Shown here: positions 53,905-64,000 of the stretch, piece by piece
Position numbering within the stretch: the stretch's first letter is position 1
Layout: each line of letters starts with the position of its first letter
Assembly (NCBI GenBank): GCA_964016885.1
Contig: OZ024741.1
Span: forward strand, 369,458,001-369,522,000
DNA: 64,000 bases
Source of the DNA: Eledone cirrhosa
Taxonomy: Eukaryota
Direction: 5' to 3'
Program-made: the position numbers and the translations under genes
The notes under the pieces: model-generated
The model's input: the letters and a program-made list of their open reading frames with translations, nothing else
Databases searched by the model: none
What the model was told of the DNA's origin: nothing

Positions 53905-53998
53905 ACCCCGACGGCTGAGCTCAAGCCATTTCGACGGCTAATTCTGGACTAAATGAAAATTTATCCTGGTATTTAAATAGCCGAGCTTCTCAAGGGGT
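53905..53998 (-). ncRNA. Hammerhead, U3-A8 variant
   Basis: Mirror of 56401-56494. Confidence 0.78.
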
Positions 53999-55053
53999 AA
54001 TTCCATATATGGTCAAAGTGATTGTCAAGGGTCAGTAGTAATTCTGTGATTGCAAATTAGTAGGGGAGATGGTGGCTAAACCTGCCAGTAGGAGAAAAAG
54101 GGGAGGGGGTGGAGTAGACCCAATCATGCGTTGGTAGTGCCAGCTACAGCTGGGCATGAGGTCAAAGAAGATACTAGGGAGGTGGAGGTGGAGGAAGTCG
54201 GAACGGTAGGTAGAACAATGAGGGGTAAAAAAATATATATGAAAGAAAGAATACTGAGAGTGATGAAAGGCGAATAAGTGTAAAGAAAAAAAAGTATAAA
54301 AGCAAGTTCTACGACCTAAGTCTCTAGCTATTGTTAGGCTAGATAAATAAATAAATAAAGAAAGAAAGAAAGAAATAAAGAAAGAAATAAAGAAATAACG
54401 AAATAAGTAAATAAACTAGGTGGGACGGAATAGGCAAGGACCCTTTTAAGAGGTATAAGTACGTAAATCATACGGTAACGGGTCAACAAATGGGGCCAAA
54501 ATACTAAAGAAACTACCACGAAATAAATAATAAAGGTTTCTATCCCGGGCACAATGCCAGCAACCACCCAGTGCAACAAAGTAAACTAGTAAGAGATAAT
54601 AATTCTGAGTCCCGAAAAAAATATATACTAATGCTAACTCTAAAAGATCTTATACAAGCTACATGAAAGTTCGTACGAAGTAAAGGTAGAATACGGAAAA
54701 ATAAATTCAGAATCCACCCCGCCCAAAAGAAAAGAGAAGAAAGAAATACTGAAACGAGAAAATAAGGCATAAGTGCCACTAAGAAATATAGAAGGCACGG
54801 AGAATAGTGGGAGCAGTCGGAAAAGGGGGCAAGTATCCGAGGTCTAACACAACTGCTATAAAAAGTGGAGTCCGCCAAATCTATCATAGACTAGGGAAGG
54901 GGGTGGGGGTACTGAGGCTACAAGGGGCCAAAGGGCAGCCTCGGGTGGGCGAGAAAAGACACCGACAAAGAAGCAGAACTGGGGTAGAAGGACTAAGGAG
55001 GGATGGGGGGAAGAAGGAAATAAAGGAAGCGATAAAAGAATAAAAAGAAGATC

Positions 55054-56176
55054 TTACGTCTCCCTTGGCAAGCAGGGGTTACCCATTGCAAAATCGGCAA
55101 GTGGGGTGTTATAGCCCGGGTCATTATGGGGTTTGAGGGCGAGGTAAGTCCTACGCAATCTATGTTTACATGCAGTAACCAGTTCATCTTTCTTGTTTAG
55201 GAGTTGGTCCGTCGAAAACAGCATTTGTAAAGTTTCCTCCGAGCATAAATTGCACGGACGGCGTCCTCCCGTGTAAGAGTTGGCTCTGGACAGTAATCTC
55301 CAAGTGAGATCATAGGTGATGTTGTTGTCCTTGAGGTCCCATATGTGGCCCGAAAGTGTAGTGGCATGACGCCGGGCCGGGTTTCGGAAGGTATGTCTAT
55401 GTTGGTATAGCCGGGTCTTGAAGTCACATGCGGTTAGTCCTATATAAGCTTTGTTGGGGGTGTCCGTCCTCACGTTGCACTGGTAGATCACATTACGGTC
55501 TCTGCATCTATTTTCGAGTGGGCAAATGGATCTATCCGGACAGTTGCACCTCCTGGTCGGCTCTCCACTGCTATTTAGGTTATTTCTGCCATCGGGGTTG
55601 AGTTTTTTGTTGTTAGAGGAGACGATGTTTTGTGCGAAGTTTGGTGTAGTGCTGTAAGAGAGTTTGATGGTATTTTTGTTAATTATGTTGTGGTAGCGGT
55701 GTTGTAGTGGGAAGTGTTTTTCAATGAGCCTAAAGAATAGTTTCCTGATGGGAGTTGTCACCTCTGCGTTGTGGGGAGGATTGAACCATGTTACATTGCG
55801 TGAGCGGCGGTGTCTCATGCTGGTTCCGCTAATGGGAGCTGGACAGTAGGATATTTCCTTCCGGAAACCACTCCGCTTGAGGGCCTGATTGTAATAAGGC
55901 GCATGTTCATCGAATATCCGCTCATTAGCTGACAAACGGGATATGCGGAGGGAGATGTTTTTGACCAGGTTGTTGGTGATGTTCCTAGGATGGTTTGATC
56001 GGCGGTGGATGTAGTGCAGGTTGTCATTAGGTTTCCTGTATGGGTAGTACAGGTCGTTTTCGAGGTCGAGGGTCACGTCCAGGAAGTTTACTCGGGTCAG
56101 AGACGTTTGTAGGGTTATTTTAAATCCCCAGTCGCGGAAGAAGCTGATTAATTGTTTCCGGACCCGATCTGTACTA
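55054..56176 (-). pseudogene. PLE RT C-terminus/thumb plus GIY-YIG, open but 5'-truncated
   Basis: VNFLDVTL, YRKP, YIH..SNHP, WFNPP, CNC....CPL..C, VIYQC, YIGLT..FKTR..H. The first ~30 aa of the listed ORF come from the inverted pLTR. Confidence 0.92.
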
Positions 56177-56400
56177 CTCATTGTTCTACCTACCGTTCCG
56201 ATTTGCTCCCCCTCCCCCTCCCCAGTATCTTCTTTGACCTCATGCCCAGCTGTAGCTGGCACTACCAACGCATGATTGGGTCTACTCCACCCCCTCCCCC
56301 TTTTCTCCTACTGGCAGGTTTAGCCACCATCTCCCCTACTAATTTGCAATCACAGAATTACTACTGACCCTTGACAATCACTTTGACCATATATGGAATT

Positions 56401-56494
56401 ACCCCTTGAGAAGCTCGGCTATTTAAATACCAGGATAAATTTTCATTTAGTCCAGAATTAGCCGTCGAAACGGCTTGAGCTCAGCCGTCGGGGT
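56401..56494 (+). ncRNA. Hammerhead, U3-A8 variant, long stem II
   Basis: ACCCC-TTGAGAA-G..CGGCTA..TAGCCG.C-GAAAC-GGCT.tgagctc.AGCC-GTC^-GGGGT. Confidence 0.82.
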
Positions 56495-56761
56495 CTTACT
56501 GGTTCCTATTACCCACTCTACTACCCTAAGTATTGAGTACTTTGGTGCGTTATGGTCCACCTGGTTCCTTACCACATTTCCTTCGTTATATATATATATG
56601 TATATATATGTATATATATATATGTATATATGTATATGTACATATGTGTATATGTATATATGTGTATATATATATATATATATGTGTATATATATATATG
56701 TGTGTATATATATATATGTATATATATGTGTATATATATATATGTGTGTATATATATGTAT

Positions 56762-57460
56762 GTAGAAGGATTTAAATGGATACAGTTCAGTTAAAAGGAA
56801 TTTATTGACACGTGTTTCAATAACAGTTACATAACCTGAAAACAGCTGCTATCTACAAAGTATTAATTATACAGACAATCAATATTTCAATGTTATTATC
56901 AACTATCATTTCATCAGAATAATTTTATTCAGAACTTGTTTGGTTTTTATAGAGAATATTAAGAGGGAGGGGTGAAGTTGTTAGAAGAATAGTTAAGGGA
57001 GTGGATAGAGATTTTTTTTGATAGCAGTGAGAATTTTTGGTATCAGTTAGTAATTAGGTTCCCATCTGTTGTTTTGACATTTTTATAGAATAGATTATTT
57101 GGCGTTGGTTATTTTTCTAAATCTATAGAAGGATTAGAGATAGTAAAGATATGCATGGTTGGTTTTGTTTGTACTTAATTAACAGACTTAAATTTTTCTT
57201 TCAAGTGTACGTATCCGTTCACCCACACATTCACACACAAACATATATGCACACCTCTACAAAATACATATACTCACATACACATACTTACATGCTCATA
57301 CTTACATACATATATACCTGCACATATATATATATATACATATATATACACATATATATGTACATTCATACGCATTCATGTATATACATTTTCATACTCA
57401 ACTTATCTTCATATACACACGTATAGACATACACATATATACATACATACTCCTGTCCAG

Positions 57461-57542
<82 letters not shown>

Positions 57543-58120
57543 ACTTTAATACATGAATACAGATACATCTAACTATCCACATCAAACATATATATATATT
57601 TAGTTATATACATTTTCACATATATATACATACATATGGTCGATTTTAGACACATTCATTATAGCATATTAACACCTATTCTCATCAGCCTATTTATCCA
57701 TTATTAGTGTGGTAATTTAAGGTTATTAATATTCATATATATGTTGAGAAGAGATTGTTTTTATATTTTTTTAACTAGATCGAGGTTTATATAGTTGGGG
57801 GGATGTCCCTCTTTTATGTAATATTCAGCTTGTAGTGGGAAAAAAGGGTTTTAGTTCGGTGACGGCAGAATAATGTTCGTTCAATTCTGTTATTAAGCAA
57901 TTTCTTCTTGTGTGTGATTATGTAATAGATCTCAAGATTACGCAATTTGCAGAAATTTTGGCTCCTGGAAAAGCTTTGGGTTTTAGCTAATTTCTCCCAT
58001 TTTAGAGTAAACTTTTGATCACTATCCCTGAGCGTCCAAGCTTTTTCTGCTAAAGTTGTTACATTTCTTTGGCTCTGGTGTTTTATTGAGTAAGAATGCC
58101 TATATAATCGAGATTTAAAT
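56762..58120 (-). mobile_element. PLE 3' fragment (GIY-YIG tail 57814-58120 plus 3' UTR with HHR)
   Basis: [32 protein letters not shown]. Confidence 0.8.
56802..56922 (-). ncRNA. Type I hammerhead with 92-nt stem II region
   Basis: TTATT-CTGATGA-AATGATAGTT..AACTGTTATT-GAAAC-ACGT-GTC^-AATAA. Confidence 0.82.
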
Positions 58121-58177
58121 ATATACATACATTTATATGTATGTATATATATGTATGTATGTATATGTATGTATATG

Positions 58178-58305
<128 letters not shown>

Positions 58306-58494
58306 CATATATGTATATATATATGTATGTATATATATATATATGTATATATATATGTATGTATATATATATATGTATATATATGTATGTATATATATAT
58401 ATATGTATATAAATATGTATGTATATATATATATATGTATATATATATGTATATATATATGTATGTATATATATATATGTATGTATATATATGT

Positions 58495-58535
<41 letters not shown>

Positions 58536-58729
58536 TGTATGTATATATATATATGTATATATGTATATATATATATATGTATGTATATATGTATATATAT
58601 ATATATCAATATATATATATGTATATATATATATATGTATGTATATATGTATATATATATATGTATGTATATATGTATATATATATATCAATATCAATAT
58701 GTATATATGTATATATATATATGTATGTA

Positions 58730-58780
<51 letters not shown>

Positions 58781-59177
58781 ATAGGTATATATCTATATAT
58801 ATATATCAATATGTATATATGTATATATATATATATATATCAATATGTATATATCAATATGTATATATGTATATATATATATCAATATATATATATGTAT
58901 GTATATATATATGTATATATATATATCAATATATATGTATGTATATATATGTATATATATATATAACAATATATATATGTATATATATGTATATATATAT
59001 ATATATATCAATATATATATATGTATGTATATAAATGTATATATATATATCAATATATATGTACGTATATATGTATATATGTATATATATGTATATATGT
59101 GTATATATATGTATATATATATGTATGTATATGTATATATGTATGTATATGTATATATATATGTATGTATATATATA

Positions 59178-62100
59178 CGTCCTAGTCAGGATGCGTGACA
59201 GACAGGATGTGCAGTGTGTTCGTGCTCTTCGTGGAGCTGATTGCTGGACGGACCACCGCCTGGTACGCGCAAAAGTGAAACTAATCACTAAACGTAAAAT
59301 CCGGGCTCCTGGTGTTGCCCTGCCCAAAAGATTGAATGCTGCTCGTCTTAAGGATAAAAATGTGAAGAGGACATTGGAAGAGGAAATGCAGGCTGCAGAT
59401 CTTGGTGAGGATTGGCCGACCCTTAAAAATGACCGACCCTTTATGATGTAGGCAGGCGTGTTCTGGGATTGGCGCAGAGGAAACATCAGGACTGGTTTAA
59501 TGAGAATGATGTACATACAGAAGATTTGTTGGCTGATAAGAGGCGTGCTCTGTCACGCTACTTGACAGCAAAACCACAGGAGAGGAATACGTTGCATGAG
59601 GAACTCAGGGATGTAAAATCACGTGTTAGGCGGAGTCTTTCTCTGATGAAGGATCAGTGGTGGAGTGAGAAGGCTGGTAAGATACAAACTGCGTCTGATT
59701 CCAATAACACAAAGCTGTTGTACAGTCTCTTGCGTGAGGTTTATGGACCGTCTTCTTCTCTGGTGACACCGCTTCGCAGCAAGGATGGCAGAGAACTTCT
59801 TCGTGACACACAAGGAATTCTACGAAGGTGGCGAGAGCACTTTGATGATCTTTTGAATCAGCCGTCTGTCGTCAGTGAAGATTTCCTCAATCTCATTCCA
59901 GAAAGTCCCGTGAAAGTAGCTCTCGCAGAACCTCCGACGCTTGTGGAGATTTCAGTGGCTATCTCGAAGCTGAACAGTGGAAGATCTCCAGGTATGGATG
60001 GCATACATGCTGAGCTCCTACAATATGGTGGTGAGAGACTCCTGCAACATCTTCACTCTTTGTTTGGCAGGATATGGGCAAATGAATCCGTACCTGAGGA
60101 CTGGAGAGATGCAGTAATGGTGGTCTTGTACAAGGGAAAGGGTAACAGGAATGATTGTGAGAACTACAGAGGTATATCATTGCTTTCTGTCGTAGGGAAA
60201 GTTTTATGAACGATGCTTCTGGACCGTCTGCTGACACACATTGCAGATTGTGTTCTTCCTGAAAGTCAATCTGGTTTTCGTGCTGGACGCGGCACTACTG
60301 ATATGATCTTCTCAGCTAGACAGCTCCAGGAGAAGTGCATGGAACAAGGCTTGGATCTGTATCAGGTTTTTGTCGATCTGACAAAAGCTTTCGATACTGT
60401 TAACAGAGATGCATTATGGAAGGTCCTCCAGAAACTTGGTTGCCCTGATAAGTTCCTTGCTTTAGTTAGGTCTTTCCATGACGACATGAAGGCTTGGGTT
60501 AATGTCGGGGGTAACATGTCGGAGCCTATCTCAGTAAAAAATGGAGTGAAACAGGGGGATATTCCAGCACCGACCCTGTTTGCCATATACTTTGCAATGG
60601 TTTTCTGTATTGCATTCAGGAATTGCGAGCATGGTGTTTACATCCGATATCGAACCTCAGGCAGCATATTTAACATCAGGCGCTTTGCTGCGAAGACAAA
60701 AGTATTTACATCAATCATAAGAGACCTCTTGTATGCAGATGATTGCGATCTTGTTGCGCACACAGAGTGATATACATTTTGAGTGCATTTTCTGACGCTT
60801 GCACTGCCCTAGGTCTGACTGTCAGTCTCAAGAAAACCGTCGTCATGTACCAACCTGCCCCTGGTAAGCAGTACACTGAACCAAATATCTATGTGTATGG
60901 TAAACGACTTGGAGTGGTGATCAGTTTGTCTACCTGGGAAGCACTTTCAATCGATACAGCAACCTTGACAGTGAAATCTCACTTAGGATTAGGAAAGCAA
61001 GTGATGCTTTCGGAAAGCTAGAAAGGCGACTCTGGAGTCGGCGAGACATATGCAGGAGGACAAAGGTAAAGGTGTACAGGGCATGTGTGCTCTCTTGTCT
61101 TCTTTATGCCTGCGAGACCTGGGTCACATATCGACATCACCTTAAGCAATTGGAGCGGTTCCATCAGATGTGTCTCAGACAGATCCATGGCATTCACTGG
61201 AGGGACCACATCAGTGATGTCGAGATTTTGGAAAGCTCTATGTGTGACAGTATAGAAGCTCTTGTGCTTAAGCAACGACTCCGTTCCAGGATGAAGGATT
61301 CTAGAATACCAAAACAACTCTTCTATGGAGAGTTGGTTAAAGGAAAACGACCGCCACATAAAACAAAAAAGAGGTATAAGGATTCCTTGAAAGCTTCTCT
61401 GAAAGACGCTAACATCTCTGCTGATACATGGGAGAATATTGCTGGTGATCGTAATAAATGGAGAAAGACTATATGAGGGAAAAGTTGCCTTTGAGGCATC
61501 TCGAATCGCATACAAGAAAGTAAAGCGGGATGTGAGGAAGGGCATTGCTGTTGCACTTCCAGACGGCGAGGGTCCTCCTATGGTGCTGACATGCAGCGTG
61601 TGTGCGAGACTCTGCCTAAGCAAAGCTGGACTCGAAAGTCATCTTCGCAGTCATAAAGTAAGACCAGTGGTTGACTACCAGGCTGCTGTTGGAGATGCTA
61701 CTCATCATGCTTGCCAAACATGTGGTAGAGAATGTAAATCAGCAGGAGGGCTCAAGCGACATGCAAAATTACACGAACTCCAACCACAACCGACTATTCC
61801 CAGTGAATGTTTTGGTTGCCGACTCTGTGCAAGACATTTTAGATCATTGGCTGGGCTAAAAAGCCACATTCGATCGCAGCGCTGTTAGTTGCTATCGTGT
61901 GTGTGTGTGTAGATATGCTTATGTGTGTGCGTGTGTGTGTGTATATATATGTATATGTATATTATTATTGTTGTTGTCGTTATTATTATTGTTGTTGTTA
62001 TTATTATTATTATTATTGTTATTAATGTATGTGTGTGTGTATATGTGTGTGTGTGTGTATGTGTATGTATATATATATATATATTTTTAAAAAAACTTTT

Positions 62101-62184
62101 TTTTATTTTCTTTTTATTTATTTATCATTATTATTATTTTTATTCTTCTCGTGCAATGGCCATACTCGAGGGGGCAGCAATCAT
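59178..62184 (+). mobile_element. RTE family C (BovB-like), 5'-truncated, disrupted, three C-terminal C2H2 fingers
   Basis: WTDHRLV, YKGKG, NYRGISLLS, FVDLTKAFD, GVKQG, YADD; CSVC..H...H, CQTC..H...H, CRLC..H. Confidence 0.92.
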
Positions 62185-62361
62185 ATATGTATATATATAT
62201 GTATATATGTATGTATGTATATATATATGTATATATATATGTATATATGTATGTATGTATATATATATGTATATATATATGTATATATGTATATATATAT
62301 GTATATATGTATGTATATATATATGTATATATATATGTATATATGTATATATATATGTATG

Positions 62362-62880
62362 TAAACAATTAAGTTAAAAATGTACATCTACATATGCATA
62401 CTGAAATACTAGTGTGTATATGAATACACACACGTATACATATGTAGGTGTACCAAGTCTTTCACTGGTCGCTTTGCAGTGAGCGGCCAGCTATTCTGTA
62501 TGTAAACACACAGACAAACCGGTTTTTAGAGTCATACTGGTTTTTCAGGGGAACACCTTCCCCCTAACAACGAAACTAGTTCAATATTCCTTGTCTGGCT
62601 TTCTGAAGAATAGGGGAAGGTGTTCCCCCGAAAAACCAGTATGACTCTAAAAACCGGTTTGTCTGTGTGTTTACATACAGAATAGCTGGCCGCTCACTGC
62701 AAAGCGACCAGTGAAAGACTTGGTACACCTACATATGTATACGTGTGTGTATTCATATACACACTAGTATTTCAGTATGCATATGTAGATGTACATTTTT
62801 AACTTAATTGTTTAAGCGTCAGTCATACAAAAGTGAGTTACAAACGAAACGAAATTTAATTTCGTTTCGTTATTTGTTTT
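62362..62880. repeat. Fold-back (about 205-bp arms, 44-nt loop) plus about 65-nt right extension
   Basis: 62362-62566 / 62611-62814. Confidence 0.9.
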
Positions 62881-63185
62881 TATATGTATGTATATATGTA
62901 TATATATATGTATATGTATATATATGTATATGTATATATATGTATATATATGTATATATGTATATATATGTATATATGTATATATATGTATACATATATA
63001 TATATGTATATATATATATGTATACATATATATGTATACATATATATGTATGTATATATATGTATATATATCTATATCTATGTATGTATATATATGTATA
63101 TATATGTATGTATATATATGTATATATATGTATGTATATATATGTATATATATGTATGTAAATATATGTATGTATATATATGTAT

Positions 63186-63254
<69 letters not shown>

Positions 63255-63536
63255 TATGTATGTATGTATATATATATGTATGTATATATATATATGTATG
63301 TATATATATATATGTATGTATATATATATATATGTATATATGTATATATATTTATATATATATGTATATGTATATATATGTATATATATATATATATATG
63401 TATATATATGTATATATATATGTATATGTATATATATGTATATGTATATATGTATATGTATAGATATGTATATGTGTATATATATATATGTGTATATATA
63501 TATATGTTTGTATATATATATGTGTATATATATATG

Positions 63537-63567
<31 letters not shown>

Positions 63568-63600
63568 ATGTATATATATATATGTATATATATGTAAGTA

Positions 63601-63761
63601 TGTGTGTCAGTGTTGAACAAAAAGGTGACGTGGTTGCCTTAACACCGTACGGCATAAAAATTCAGACTGTTCAGTTTGTTTACAAACGAACAAAGCGGCG
63701 TTATAATAAGCGTCCGCTAAACTGATACGTGCATATATGTATGTGAACCTGTATGTATATA

Positions 63762-63855
<94 letters not shown>

Positions 63856-64000
63856 TGCTACTGTACGTCTGTATACATATATGTATGTACGTATACACAC
63901 ATACTTACATTTAAGTAAGTGCCGTACTAAGAGTGAGAAATGAAATTTCGTTTTCATTTTATTTCAACTTATCGTTTTCGGTATGCCTGACCGACTTAGC
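63601..64000 (+). mobile_element. Retrozyme-like HHR/(TA)n repeat, locus 3 (runs off the window)
   Basis: Matches 39633-39955 and the reverse complement of 17681-17997. Confidence 0.75.

Larger units (their letters stand above)
53894..56587 (-). mobile_element. Penelope-like element (Nematis-like), 5'-truncated, inverted pLTRs
   Basis: Arms 53894-54222 / 56177-56505 plus an 80-nt right tail. Confidence 0.93.

Noticed and set aside
62567-62680. Hammerhead at the 62362 fold-back (CTGAAGA, GGGGAA/TTCCCC, GAAA; also GAAACTAGTT)
   Set aside because: Could not build stem I or a valid NUH cleavage site.

Overview
Eukaryotic (animal) repeat-dominated DNA with no convincing host gene. SINE fragments recalled as octopod-type suggest a cephalopod, but this is inference. 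The window is a chain of retroelements, nearly all separated by degenerate (TA)n/(TATG)n tracts. It holds three RTE-clade LINE families (one copy with an intact 1044-aa APE-RT ORF; family A carries a PHD-like finger inside the RT), a CR1/Jockey-group LINE with an N-terminal CCCH finger, a non-coding LTR retrotransposon with a tRNA-Trp-like PBS, tRNA-headed SINEs with an RTE tail, and at least five Penelope-like (PLE) RT/GIY-YIG remnants. The ORF track misses two things. First, about 16 type I hammerhead ribozyme (HHR) motifs from about 11 sequence families, with palindromic stem III, U3-A8 core variants and long stem II insertions. Second, about a dozen head-to-head fold-back insertions; wherever strand can be assigned, both 3' ends face outward into (TA)n, and nearly all have one arm about 40-110 nt longer. 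The best candidate for an undescribed system is a non-coding, circularly permuted HHR repeat carrying its own (TA)n tract (three loci), i.e. a retrozyme-like RNA in a (TA)n-targeting PLE community. The many YI/YM-rich ORFs are microsatellite artefacts. Coordinates and pairings were read by eye.
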